Shown here: piece by piece, positions 18,547 to 28,623 of the stretch | How the letters are laid out: each line of letters begins with the position of its first letter | Numbering within the stretch: the first letter of the stretch is position 1 | Assembly: GCA_018647945.1 (NCBI GenBank) | Contig: JABGSE010000005.1 | Span: forward strand, 1,491-65,490 | Reading direction: 5' to 3' | Length of the DNA stretch: 64,000 nucleotides | DNA from: Flavobacteriales bacterium | GTDB taxonomy: Bacteria; Bacteroidota; Bacteroidia; Flavobacteriales; BACL11 | The notes under the pieces: model-generated | The model's input: the letters and a program-made list of their open reading frames with translations, nothing else | Databases searched by the model: none | Told to the model about the DNA's origin: nothing | Program-made: the position numbers and the translations under genes

Positions 18547-20442
18547 ATGAGTGACGAATTAAAACACGAATGTGGAGTAGCAATGTTAAGATTGCTAAAA
18601 CCCTTAGAGTTTTACCAAAAGAAATATGGCACATCCATTTACGGATTAAATAAAATGTACCTTTTGATGGAAAAACAACACAATAGAGGACAAGATGGTG
18701 TTGGATTGGCAAATATAAAGTTAGATGTTTCCCCTGGAAAAAGATACATTAGTAGAAAAAGATCAGTAGCGACAAATCCTATTCAGGATGTGTTTAAACA
18801 AGTAAACAAAAGGTTTCTGGAGTTGGAGGAAAATGAACCAGAAAAACTAAAAGATTCTCAATGGATGAAAGAAAACATGCCATTTACAGGAGAATTATTT
18901 TTAGGACATTTACGATATGGTACTTTTGGTGGAAATACAATAGAACAATGTCATCCCTTTTTACGTCAGAGTAATTGGAAAACTAGAAATGTAGTTTTAG
19001 CAGGTAACTTTAACATGACAAATGTAGATGAACTGTTTCAGCAGTTAGTTGACCTGGGTCAGCATCCAAAACAAAAAGCAGATACGGTAACTATTTTAGA
19101 AAAGATTGGTCATTTTTTAGATGAAGCAAATGATGAAATCTACTACAAGCGCAAAGATGATTTCAGCAAAAAAGAGATTACAAAAGTAATTGAAGAAGAA
19201 TTAGACTTACAAGATATTTTAACACAATCCGCTAAATATTGGGATGGAGGGTATGTGATGTGTGGAATAATCGGACATGGTGATGCTTTTGCGCTTAGAG
19301 ACCCAAATGCTATTAGACCAGCTTATTATTACAAGGATGATGAAATTGTAGTTGTAGCATCTGAAAGACCTGTAATACAAACCTCTTTTAATGTAGATAT
19401 TGAAGATGTAAAAGAGATAAAAAGAGGACATGCACTTATCATAAAGAAAGATGGTACAGTAGAAGAAAAACAAGTACGTGAACCTTTAGAAAGAAAAGCA
19501 TGCTCATTTGAACGTATTTACTTTTCAAGAGGAAATGATAAAGATATTTATAACGAAAGATTAGAGCTTGGGAAACGTATTTTCCCTAAGGTATTAGAAT
19601 CGATTAATAATGATGTAAGAAATACAGTATTCTCTTATATTCCAAATACTGCTGAGGTATCTTATTTTGGACTATTGAAAGGCTGTCATGCATATCTAAA
19701 TGAGGTGAAAACCAAAAAGATTCAGGAATTAGGAGACAATCCTTGTCATGATGAAATTGCCAAAATAATGGAGATTTCTCCAAGAGCAGAAAAAATTGCA
19801 ATTAAGGATGCTAAACTAAGAACCTTTATTACATCAGACGATAGTAGAGATGATTTGGTTGCTCATGTTTATGATGTTACTTATGGTACTGTCAAACCTA
19901 ATGATAATCTGGTAATGATAGACGATAGCATTGTAAGAGGTACAACTTTAAAACAATCTATTATCAGAATACTAGACCGATTAAATCCTAAGAAAATTGT
20001 GGTAGTTTCTTCAGCCCCACAAATTAGATATCCTGATTGTTATGGAATTGACATGGCTAAAATGGGTGATTTTATTGCTTTTAATGCAGCTGTTGATTTA
20101 CTAAAAGACACAAATCAGGAACACATACTTACTGAAGCTTATCTTAAATGTAAATCTCAATTAGATTTACCAAAAGAAGAAATGGTAAATTATGTTCAAG
20201 AAATTTACAGGCCATTTTCAGCAGAAGAGATTTCAGGTAAAATTAGTGAATTACTAACTCCAAAAGGAATAAAAGCAGAAGTGAAAATTATTTACCAAAG
20301 CATCTCTGATTTACACGAATCTTGCCCCAACCATTTAGGTGATTGGTATTTTACTGGGGATTACCCTACTCCAGGAGGGATAAAGGTAGTAAACAAAGCC
20401 TTTATCAATTATATGGATGGAAAAAACGAAAGAGCTTATTAG
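18547..20442 (+). CDS. purF: amidophosphoribosyltransferase (long Bacteroidota form)
   Basis: 631 aa. It has the N-terminal nucleophile context MSDELKHECGVAM, an Ntn glutaminase domain, and a PRTase motif (..LVMIDDSIVRGTTL..). Confidence 0.93.
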   Translation: MSDELKHECGVAMLRLLKPLEFYQKKYGTSIYGLNKMYLLMEKQHNRGQDGVGLANIKLDVSPGKRYISRKRSVATNPIQDVFKQVNKRFLELEENEPEKLKDSQWMKENMPFTGELFLGHLRYGTFGGNTIEQCHPFLRQSNWKTRNVVLAGNFNMTNVDELFQQLVDLGQHPKQKADTVTILEKIGHFLDEANDEIYYKRKDDFSKKEITKVIEEELDLQDILTQSAKYWDGGYVMCGIIGHGDAFALRDPNAIRPAYYYKDDEIVVVASERPVIQTSFNVDIEDVKEIKRGHALIIKKDGTVEEKQVREPLERKACSFERIYFSRGNDKDIYNERLELGKRIFPKVLESINNDVRNTVFSYIPNTAEVSYFGLLKGCHAYLNEVKTKKIQELGDNPCHDEIAKIMEISPRAEKIAIKDAKLRTFITSDDSRDDLVAHVYDVTYGTVKPNDNLVMIDDSIVRGTTLKQSIIRILDRLNPKKIVVVSSAPQIRYPDCYGIDMAKMGDFIAFNAAVDLLKDTNQEHILTEAYLKCKSQLDLPKEEMVNYVQEIYRPFSAEEISGKISELLTPKGIKAEVKIIYQSISDLHESCPNHLGDWYFTGDYPTPGGIKVVNKAFINYMDGKNERAY

Positions 20443-20447
20443 TTTCT

Positions 20448-21362
20448 CTATTCTACAAATTTTAGTAGTTGTTTGCTTTCAATAGGAAATTCTGAAAATA
20501 TTTCTGAAACATATTTTTTGTAAAAATTAATATCATCCGGACTATGGTTATAAGATGGTTTAATATTATAAATTTTTATCACATCATCACACCACTGATC
20601 GTCAAACGTAAGAGACATATATTCGCAAAATTTCTCTAACACATTTTTGTCAAAAGTGTGTTCATAAAAATGAAAAAAGTGAACAGTCCTTTTCTTTTGA
20701 TTCTGAAAATAAATTAGAAACTCATCCAGGATTGCCTTAATAATATCTTGAAGTGTGGACTGATCCGAAATCTGATTAAAAATTAATGCCAAATTTGTTT
20801 TTTGGTTGGATACAGCGCAATCCAAGGGATTTCTAATTGGTAATATGTATCTGATTTTATCATTGTGTTTTATTAACTCCAAAACATCTACTTCTTTTTC
20901 TAATAAATGATTTTTCAGATATAAACCTTCCTTCCAAAACAAACATCTAATATCTTCCTTTACTAAGGAATTTTTATATCTATTTTGAAACAAATATTTT
21001 ACTTCCGATTTATCAAATGCATGAGAAAGAGTAATACTTCCTCCATACCTTCCTCTTTGTCCAATTCCGGATAACAAAATAGCATATTGCATAAATTGAT
21101 TGAAACTTTTTTCTGAATACTCTCCAAAAAAATCAACCTTTTTATGTGGAAATATCCTGTCTTTTGCGTGATTTAGAACTTGGCAATTTGGATGTAAAGC
21201 TGCCACAGAAGCGGTAAGAGATGTTAAGTTTCTGTACGGGCCCGCTACCAAACAAAGTGTTTCCACTGAAGATATATCAATTTTAGAAGATTGCTTTATT
21301 AGTCTTTCTTCTAAAATATATTGATATGTATCTTCTATTTTCTTTTGAATCCTACCCAACAT
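20448..21362 (-). CDS. hypothetical protein with sulfotransferase-fold motifs
   Basis: 304 aa. LVAGPYRNLTSLT is a degenerate 5'-PSB-like loop. ILPIRNPLDCAVSNQ closely matches the RNPxDxxVS 3'-PB motif of sulfotransferases. Confidence 0.45.
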   Translation of the reverse strand: MLGRIQKKIEDTYQYILEERLIKQSSKIDISSVETLCLVAGPYRNLTSLTASVAALHPNCQVLNHAKDRIFPHKKVDFFGEYSEKSFNQFMQYAILLSGIGQRGRYGGSITLSHAFDKSEVKYLFQNRYKNSLVKEDIRCLFWKEGLYLKNHLLEKEVDVLELIKHNDKIRYILPIRNPLDCAVSNQKTNLALIFNQISDQSTLQDIIKAILDEFLIYFQNQKKRTVHFFHFYEHTFDKNVLEKFCEYMSLTFDDQWCDDVIKIYNIKPSYNHSPDDINFYKKYVSEIFSEFPIESKQLLKFVE

Positions 21363-21402
21363 AAATGTTAATTTTCTTTTTGTAAAAGTATGAAAAACTA
21401 AA

Positions 21403-21426
21403 AAAACCTGCCAAATAGCAGGTTTT
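21403..21426 (-). terminator. rho-independent terminator after the S46 peptidase gene
   Basis: Stem aaaacctgc/gcaggtttt with a 6-nt loop, followed on the minus strand by a T-run. Confidence 0.6.
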
Positions 21427-21449
21427 CTTTATTTTATCTGAATAAAAGA

Positions 21450-23840
21450 TTATCTTTTTTCAGTAGTATAAACATTATCATTCCACCAAAATAACTGATC
21501 TTTACTTGATCCATATTTAGCAACTGCGTTTTCGAAAGCAGAATTAAACGATTGCATATTAAAAACAGGAATCAATTTTCCAAGAAAATATTTCATATTT
21601 AAATTAGATACTTCTTCTTGTGCGTCTACCGATTCTACTTCATCATCTTCAACTGCAACAACATTAGTTTTTGGATGTGAAGGAGCAATTGTCATTTCAT
21701 CAATTAAGTGAGAAGCTCCAGCAAACTTGTCAATAATAAACATAATATATCTGATATCCACAGAAATTGTTCTTTGTATTTCATTTTCAAAAGCAATATC
21801 TCCACTCATAGCTTCCCAATTTCCATCAAATGCAGTTCCTACAATTTCTCCCCACGCATTAATTACTGGAGAACCAGAATTTCCACCTGTAATATCATTA
21901 TTAGAAATAAAGTTAATTCTGAGGTTTCCGTCTTCATCAGCATATCTGCCATAATCTCCAATTTCGTACAATTCCTTTAATCTTTCAGGAACAATAAACT
22001 CATCATTAGTTGCGTCTTCTTTCTCAATAATACCATCTATTGTGGTGTAAAAATCGTAATGTACCGCATTTCCTGGTTCATAATCTCCCACATTTCCATA
22101 AGTAACTCTCATTGTAGAATTTGCATTCGGATAATATTTTTTATCAGGATTCATTTCTCTCAATCCGGCAACAAACAATCTGTTTCCTTCATCTAATTTT
22201 GATTTTACCAATTTTCTTTTCGAATAAAGATTCTCAATGTAAAAATCGTAAATTGACATAAGAGTAGTAAAAGCAGGATCCTTAGTAATTTTAGATGCAG
22301 ATGGACGAACTAAAAAGCTCATGAATTTTTCTTTAGAAGAAAAAACAGATTTTGTAAATACATTTTTTGCATAATAATCAAAGTCCAATGCTTTAAATCC
22401 TAATAATTGGTTTTCAATTTTCTTAAAAACCGTAGGATGTTGATATTTTGGAACATTGTAATAATACATTTCTAACATTGAAGAAAATAATTCTTGGTCA
22501 ATATCTGCATTATAATTTTTATAAAAATCAATTGCTTGTTTTTTGATATCTCTTATTTGTTGTCTTTTTTCTTGTTCATCTTCCGATAAATTAGAAATTT
22601 GTCTTTCCATTAAAAATGAAAAATACATAATTTCAGCACCCTGAAAAACAGCTTCATTCAAATATGTTCTGGCAATATTTATTTTTCTATTTACATCATA
22701 AGCGTCTTCAATTAAATTAAGGGCTTCTCCATATTTTTCTTTTCTATTATCATCTCCAGTGTTAACCCAATCAGTAAACTGATTTTCAATTTCAACTTTT
22801 TTATCAAGAACTCTCATTCTTTTTAACCCTCTTGACTGCCCGATAAAGTATTTCCAGTAGTTTGATGTTTGTGCATATTTGGCTGCATACTGAATTTTTA
22901 CTCTTTTACTAGCATCCATTCCTGCTTTCATAATAGCAAGTTTTTCTTCTCTAATTTGAACAATAGTTGGATTACTTTGATCTAAAGCTAGTTCAATTCC
23001 ATAAGAAGTTAGATACCTATCCGTACTTCCAGGGAAGCCGAAAATCATAGTATAATCACCATTGTCCACACCATCTAACTGAATAGGTAAATGGTGCTTT
23101 GGAGTAAATGGAATGTTCTCTTCAGAATATTCTGCAGGACTTCCGTCCGGAGCACAATAAACTCTAAATAAAGAAAAATCTCCGGTATGACGTGGCCACA
23201 TCCAGTTATCTGTATCTCCACCAAATTTTCCAATTGAAGAAGGAGGAGCTCCTACTAATCTCACATCATTGTATGTAATATAAGTCATTAAGTAAAATTC
23301 ATTACCTCCAAAGAAAGGTTTTACTCTAGCATTGTAATTTGTTCCTTCTGTTTTTTCTGTTACTATTGTATTGAAAATTGCTCTAAGTGCTGAATTTCTT
23401 TCCGCTTCATCTAGCTCTCCTAATTCTTCTAAAACTCTATCTGTAACACTTTCAATACTTACCAAAAAGGAAGCGAAAAGTCCTTCATTAGGAAGTTCTT
23501 CATCTCTACTCATTGCCCAAAAACCATCTTTTAAATAGTCGTTAGCTACTGTTGAATGTGTCTGAATGACGTCAAAACCACAATGGTGATTGGTAAGCAT
23601 TAATCCTTCAGCAGAAATTATTTCACCCGTACAAAAACCACCCAAAGAAACAATGGCATCTTTAAGTGATGAGTTATTAATATCGTATAAATCTTCTGCC
23701 GAAAGTTGAAGTCCAGAAGATTTCATATCATCTTCATTCATTGCTTGCAAAAGTTGAGGAAGCCACATTCCTTCATCCGCTTTTGCTACCGAGAAGGATA
23801 TGCTAAATAATAATACAATTGATGAAATTCTTTTAATCAT
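21450..23840 (-). CDS. S46 family dipeptidyl-peptidase (DPP7/DPP11-like) with C-terminal extension
   Basis: 796 aa. The signal peptide is followed by ADEGMWLP, then ..LTNHHCG.. (His), ..GGNSGSPVIN.. (Ser) and ..DTDNWMWPRHTGDFS... About 75 extra residues follow the usual ..HLIDEMTI end. Confidence 0.88.
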   Translation of the reverse strand: MIKRISSIVLLFSISFSVAKADEGMWLPQLLQAMNEDDMKSSGLQLSAEDLYDINNSSLKDAIVSLGGFCTGEIISAEGLMLTNHHCGFDVIQTHSTVANDYLKDGFWAMSRDEELPNEGLFASFLVSIESVTDRVLEELGELDEAERNSALRAIFNTIVTEKTEGTNYNARVKPFFGGNEFYLMTYITYNDVRLVGAPPSSIGKFGGDTDNWMWPRHTGDFSLFRVYCAPDGSPAEYSEENIPFTPKHHLPIQLDGVDNGDYTMIFGFPGSTDRYLTSYGIELALDQSNPTIVQIREEKLAIMKAGMDASKRVKIQYAAKYAQTSNYWKYFIGQSRGLKRMRVLDKKVEIENQFTDWVNTGDDNRKEKYGEALNLIEDAYDVNRKINIARTYLNEAVFQGAEIMYFSFLMERQISNLSEDEQEKRQQIRDIKKQAIDFYKNYNADIDQELFSSMLEMYYYNVPKYQHPTVFKKIENQLLGFKALDFDYYAKNVFTKSVFSSKEKFMSFLVRPSASKITKDPAFTTLMSIYDFYIENLYSKRKLVKSKLDEGNRLFVAGLREMNPDKKYYPNANSTMRVTYGNVGDYEPGNAVHYDFYTTIDGIIEKEDATNDEFIVPERLKELYEIGDYGRYADEDGNLRINFISNNDITGGNSGSPVINAWGEIVGTAFDGNWEAMSGDIAFENEIQRTISVDIRYIMFIIDKFAGASHLIDEMTIAPSHPKTNVVAVEDDEVESVDAQEEVSNLNMKYFLGKLIPVFNMQSFNSAFENAVAKYGSSKDQLFWWNDNVYTTEKR

Positions 23841-23937
23841 TTTTTTAATTTTTTAGTTCGACAAATATATAATATTCTACTCTCTAATTCTCATAATATT
23901 AACTAAATTATTAAACAGAAATTACTTCAAATGCTAA

Positions 23938-24930
23938 CTAAGTTTTCACATCCAAAGAGTTCCTTAATCCATTACCCAGAAGCATAAATGCAAGAACCGA
24001 AAACAGAATAGACAAACCAGGAATAATTGCCAAATACGCTTTATCCATTATGATGTAAGAATAGTGGTCTTTTATCATCCCTCCCCATGATGGGATAGGA
24101 GGTTGAGCACCTAAACCTAAAAAACTTAGTCCCGCTTCTATCAATATTGCAGAAGCAAAATTGGCAGCAGAAATTACAATAACTGGCCCAATTACATTTG
24201 GTAAAATATGTTTAAAGATAATTCGGAAATTGGAAAAAGCCAAAACTTTTCCTGCTTCTACATATTCCATTTCTCTTTGAGCAATTACTTGACCTCTTAT
24301 GACTCTTGCTACTTCCACCCACATTGTTAAACCTACCGCAACAAATACTTGCCAAAAACCTTTACCAAGTGCTAAAGTAATTGCTATTACCATTAATAGT
24401 GTTGGAATTGACCAAATAACATTTACAAACCACATAATAATATTATCTGTTTTTCCTCCAAAATAACCAGCAATTGATCCAAGGGTTATACCAATAATTA
24501 ATGAAATTAAAACGGCAATTAAACCAACTGAAAGTGAAATTCGGATACCATAAATTATTCTGCTATACATATCTCTACCAAATTTATCAGTACCAAAAAA
24601 GTAGGTTTTATCTGACAATTGATATTCTCCAGTATATTCCACATATTTGGAAGTATTATACACTGTATAAGAAACTCCCCCGCTTTGTTCAAAAACATCT
24701 ATTACAAAAATTTTCTCTTCTTCAATTGTTAAAACTGAAACTTTTGAAAATGGAGGTAAGGTTGAAAGTTCCAAGTTCATTTCATTTGCATATTCAGTAT
24801 TATCAGTCATCAATAAATAAGGAAACATCCCAATAAAAGATAAAATAAGAATAAAAATAAGGGAGTAAAAAGCAAGTTTATCTTTCTTTAATTTTTTCCA
24901 AGCAATTTTATTGAGTGAGTTATTTTCCAT
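23938..24930 (-). CDS. ABC transporter permease, DppC/OppC-like
   Basis: ..FGTDKFGRDMYSRIIYG.. and the EAA-like region ..YVEAGKVLAFSNFRIIFKHILPN.. are present. I placed the start at MENNSLNK (24930), 1 nt after the upstream stop. The ORF-track start at 24990 would overlap the upstream gene. Confidence 0.85.
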   Translation of the reverse strand: MENNSLNKIAWKKLKKDKLAFYSLIFILILSFIGMFPYLLMTDNTEYANEMNLELSTLPPFSKVSVLTIEEEKIFVIDVFEQSGGVSYTVYNTSKYVEYTGEYQLSDKTYFFGTDKFGRDMYSRIIYGIRISLSVGLIAVLISLIIGITLGSIAGYFGGKTDNIIMWFVNVIWSIPTLLMVIAITLALGKGFWQVFVAVGLTMWVEVARVIRGQVIAQREMEYVEAGKVLAFSNFRIIFKHILPNVIGPVIVISAANFASAILIEAGLSFLGLGAQPPIPSWGGMIKDHYSYIIMDKAYLAIIPGLSILFSVLAFMLLGNGLRNSLDVKT

Positions 24931-24931
24931 T

Positions 24932-26077
24932 TTATTTTCTAAAATTCCTTCCTTTCCATTCAAACTTAGTGCTAAATGAATAAATGACAATAAAAAATAT
25001 GTAAAAAGAATAAATTATTTCAAATGGTAAAATCCAAATTGCCAAATCCCTTCTTCTGAAAAACTTTAATACAGGTATTAAAAAATTATAATCTGAAATG
25101 TATTTAAAAAATAAAACAAATAATAATAGAAATTTAGTTGAAAAAAGAATTACTGATTCGTGCGGAGTGATAGCAGAAAGAGTTGAAAGAACAGACAAAA
25201 CAACAATACTTACATTTATCAGCAATACTAAAATACTTACAGAAATTGTATCCCAATCCGTGTACGAACCACTTTTTGAGGTCCACCTTTTTCTCTGATT
25301 GATAAAAGATTTCAAATTTGGCTGAGCATCTGTTTTCACAATTGCTTCTCTGTCTTTCACAAATCGAATCCCACTAGGATATTTTACTTTCACATGATGC
25401 ATTAAAAAAACATCATCACCAGAAACTGCAGAATTACTATCGTAAGAATTCATTTCCAAAAAAATAGATTTACGATAAGCCAAATTTGCACCATTACAGA
25501 AAATTCCTTTTCCTCTATTGATTGCTGCAGCGCCAGAACCAATTAAACTTAAAAATTCCAAAGCTTGTATTTTCTGAAAAATATCTTTCTTATAGTGAAA
25601 TTCAACAGGAGCAGAAAGCAACTTTACACTTTTATCAGTAAAATAATTCGCAATTGTTTTAATCCAATTTTCACCTGCTCTACAATCTGCATCTGTACAC
25701 AAAATCACAGATCCATTTGCACATGAGATTCCTTTTTTAATTGCGTTTTTCTTTCCTTGTTCCCCTTCATTCATGCAAATAATTTTCAAATTTTCCCAAC
25801 TTTTAGCAGACTTTTCCAAAATTTTTAAAGTAGAATCTTCCGAATGGTCATTCACCACAATCATCTCAAATCTCTGTTTATCAAAATTCTGATTTTTCAC
25901 ATCTTCTATAATATTCAGAATATTATTTTCTTCATTTCGGCAAGCAACAATTACAGAAATAAAATCTGTATTATTTGCATTTTCTGAAGGAAGAATTGAC
26001 TTCCAAGAATATCGGTACAGAAAAAAAACTTTAAAATACCAACTAAGAAGAAGAATTAAAAAAATATATAAAATCAT
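24932..26077 (-). CDS. family 2 glycosyltransferase (membrane-anchored)
   Basis: 381 aa with ..ISVIVACRNEE.., ..IVVNDHSED.., ..CTDADC.. and ..QRKRW.. motifs of GT2 enzymes, plus C-terminal TM helices. Confidence 0.85.
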   Translation of the reverse strand: MILYIFLILLLSWYFKVFFLYRYSWKSILPSENANNTDFISVIVACRNEENNILNIIEDVKNQNFDKQRFEMIVVNDHSEDSTLKILEKSAKSWENLKIICMNEGEQGKKNAIKKGISCANGSVILCTDADCRAGENWIKTIANYFTDKSVKLLSAPVEFHYKKDIFQKIQALEFLSLIGSGAAAINRGKGIFCNGANLAYRKSIFLEMNSYDSNSAVSGDDVFLMHHVKVKYPSGIRFVKDREAIVKTDAQPNLKSFINQRKRWTSKSGSYTDWDTISVSILVLLINVSIVVLSVLSTLSAITPHESVILFSTKFLLLFVLFFKYISDYNFLIPVLKFFRRRDLAIWILPFEIIYSFYIFFIVIYSFSTKFEWKGRNFRK

Positions 26078-27081
26078 TATTTCTTCCTAAAAAATTTAAG
26101 TGTGAAAACAAAAAACATTCCAATTACAGATGGAATCAATAAATTGATTATCCACAATAAAAATGTTGCAGATAAAATTCCACTAATATTTACAGAAGCT
26201 AATCCAAGAATAACAACTGCTACATAGGCTCTTACCCCTATTTCAGTTATTGCAATTGTTGGAATTACAGAAACAATAAATAACATAGACATCACTAAAA
26301 ACATGACTTCTGTATAGGGAATATTTACTGAACACATTTGCAATAAAATATAATATTGAAAAGTGAAAACCGCATATCGGAAAGCAGAATACAAGAGGAC
26401 TTTGAACAACTCAGAACAATTGTAAAAAGAAAAAACCTCAGAATATTTATGATACTTTTCTAAAAATTTAAGTTTATTCAAAAATACAGTAAATAAAGAC
26501 GTATTAAGAAATAAAAGAAGTAATAACAGATTTAACAATACCAAAACAAAAATGATAACATAAAATGAAATCCCATCAATAGACCAAAACTCTGAAAAAT
26601 CATCTGTATAATTACTCATCACATACACAATCCCTATGCTACCAAATACAATTGTAATGAGTAATTGCGACATACTTCCAATTACGGTAATCAGCACCGC
26701 TTTAATTCTGTCTGCAGTGGACAAACAAAAAACCCTTCCTCCATATTCTCCAATTCTGTTTGGAGTAAAAGCAGAAACGGTTATCCCAGAAAACACAGCC
26801 CTTAATGAATTTAAAACTGAAATATTTTCAATCTTTTTTATTAAAAATCTCCATTTAAGTGACTCCAACAACCAATTGAAAAACATTAAAAATACTACAA
26901 TACAAATTGTAAAGAAATTTTCAGAAAGAAATTCGCTCGATAAGAAAGTCTTCAAATTATAAGATGAACCATTTACAGATTGAACAAATAAATTATCTTT
27001 AAATTGTGTATATAGAAAATAAAGGGATGTTAATACAATCCCAATCTTAATTAAAAAACCAATTGACTTTTTATAATTCAT
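26077..27081 (-). CDS. polytopic membrane protein, lysylphosphatidylglycerol-synthase-TM / flippase-like family
   Basis: 334 aa with about 8 predicted TM helices. ..FSGITVSAFTPNRIGEYGGRV.. resembles the UPF0104/LPG_synthase_TM family that often pairs with GT2 genes. Its TAA shares one nucleotide with the GT2 ATG. Confidence 0.65.
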   Translation of the reverse strand: MNYKKSIGFLIKIGIVLTSLYFLYTQFKDNLFVQSVNGSSYNLKTFLSSEFLSENFFTICIVVFLMFFNWLLESLKWRFLIKKIENISVLNSLRAVFSGITVSAFTPNRIGEYGGRVFCLSTADRIKAVLITVIGSMSQLLITIVFGSIGIVYVMSNYTDDFSEFWSIDGISFYVIIFVLVLLNLLLLLLFLNTSLFTVFLNKLKFLEKYHKYSEVFSFYNCSELFKVLLYSAFRYAVFTFQYYILLQMCSVNIPYTEVMFLVMSMLFIVSVIPTIAITEIGVRAYVAVVILGLASVNISGILSATFLLWIINLLIPSVIGMFFVFTLKFFRKK

Positions 27082-27124
27082 TGCTTAATTTTGAAAAGAC
27101 AATATTACGGAAAATAAGAGAAAA

Positions 27125-27676
27125 TTGAGCAAAGAAAGAATCATATTAGGAATAGATCCTGGAACCAATATTATGGGGTATGGTGTAATTCGTATTATGG
27201 GCAAAAAAATGGAAATGATTCAGATGGGGATTGTCCATATGGAAAAATTAGATGGACACTCACTAAAATTAAAACGAATCTTTGAAAGAACTCTCGAATT
27301 GGTAGATGAGTATAAACCTGATGAAGTCTCCTTGGAGGCTCCATTTTTCGGAAAAAATGTACAATCTATGTTGAAACTTGGGAGAGCTCAAGGGGTAGCA
27401 ATGGCCGCTGCTCTTTACAGAGATGTTCCAATTTTTGAATATACCCCAAAAAAGATAAAAAAATCGGTAACAGGAAATGGAAATGCATCAAAATTACAAG
27501 TTGCTTCGATGTTACAATCGTTATTTAATATTAAAAAAATGCCAAAACACTTGGACGCAACAGATGGATTGGCAGCTGCTGTTTGTCATTATTTTCAGAG
27601 AGATAATACGACTGGAGGGAAAAGTTATTCCAATTGGTCGTCCTTTTTAAAAGACAATCCTGATAAGATTGCTTAA
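27125..27676 (+). CDS. ruvC: crossover junction endodeoxyribonuclease RuvC
   Basis: ..[16 protein letters not shown].., ..[13 protein letters not shown].. and ..[13 protein letters not shown].. are present. The start codon is TTG. Confidence 0.93.
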   Translation: MSKERIILGIDPGTNIMGYGVIRIMGKKMEMIQMGIVHMEKLDGHSLKLKRIFERTLELVDEYKPDEVSLEAPFFGKNVQSMLKLGRAQGVAMAAALYRDVPIFEYTPKKIKKSVTGNGNASKLQVASMLQSLFNIKKMPKHLDATDGLAAAVCHYFQRDNTTGGKSYSNWSSFLKDNPDKIA

Positions 27677-28065
27677 AGGGCTTGTTTTATTTTATCAGCA
27701 ATTTCTATCATTTGCTCAGTTGTAAATTGTTTTTTTGGTCTTTCAAAATTAATATCTGAAATTCCATTTATTGGGACCAAATGAATATGAGCGTGAGGAA
27801 CTTCAAGTCCGATTACTGCAACTCCAATTCTTTCGCAATCAATTACCTTATCCATTGCTTTTGCAATTTCCTGAGAAAACTTCCAAAGTCCAAAATATTC
27901 TTCCGATTCTAAATCAAACAGATAATCTATTTCCTTTTTAGGAATTACCAAAACATGACCCAGTGTTAGTGGAAATGTATCTAAAAATGCCAAATAATTA
28001 TCGTCCTCTGTAATTTTGAAACAGGGGATTTTTCCCTTAACTATTTTTGTAAAAATACTGGACAT
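27673..28065 (-). CDS. HIT family protein
   Basis: 130 aa with a histidine triad (..[11 protein letters not shown]..) and N-terminal ..[15 protein letters not shown]... Confidence 0.9.
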   Translation of the reverse strand: MSSIFTKIVKGKIPCFKITEDDNYLAFLDTFPLTLGHVLVIPKKEIDYLFDLESEEYFGLWKFSQEIAKAMDKVIDCERIGVAVIGLEVPHAHIHLVPINGISDINFERPKKQFTTEQMIEIADKIKQAL

Positions 28066-28541
28066 TATATTGCTTCAATAGATATTATTTCAAATCTCAT
28101 AATTCCATTTGGAACTTCAATTTCCGCTATTTCTCCAGGAAATTTCCCTAACAACCCTTTCCCAATTGGAGAAGAAACAGATATCTTTTTTAACTTTAAA
28201 TCTGCTTCTGCTTCTGGAACAATTGAATAAGTCATTTCCATATTGTTAGCTGTATTTTTAATCGTAACTTTTGTAAGTAAATGAACAGAAGATGTATCAA
28301 GTTTAGATGTATCAATTACCCTTGCTTTACTGTGTAATTCTTCCAACTTTGCAATTCTGGCTTCCAAATGTCCTTGAGCTTCTTTTGCTGCATCATATTC
28401 TGCATTTTCCGATAAATCTCCTTTATCTCTTGCCTCAGAAATTTGCCTGATAACTGATGGTCTTTCAACTCCTGTCAGATGATCTAATTCATCTTTTAAT
28501 TTCTTTAATCCTTCTTCCGTGAAATATTGTGTATCTTTCAT
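28065..28541 (-). CDS. greA: transcription elongation factor GreA
   Basis: 158 aa with ..EARDKGDLSENAEYDAAKE.. and a C-terminal ..VSSPIGKGLLGK.. FKBP-like domain. Confidence 0.95.
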   Translation of the reverse strand: MKDTQYFTEEGLKKLKDELDHLTGVERPSVIRQISEARDKGDLSENAEYDAAKEAQGHLEARIAKLEELHSKARVIDTSKLDTSSVHLLTKVTIKNTANNMEMTYSIVPEAEADLKLKKISVSSPIGKGLLGKFPGEIAEIEVPNGIMRFEIISIEAI

Positions 28542-28573
28542 AATTCTTATTTATTGATATCGTATTAAACTTC

Positions 28574-28599
28574 AAAAAGGAAGTTTTACCTTCCTTTCT
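28574..28599 (-). terminator. rho-independent terminator after the PorV/PorQ-like gene
   Basis: Stem aaggaag/cttcctt (28577-28583 / 28590-28596), followed on the minus strand by a TTTTT run. Confidence 0.55.
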
Positions 28600-28623
28600 G
28601 AAAAATATGTGTTTGTATTGGTT

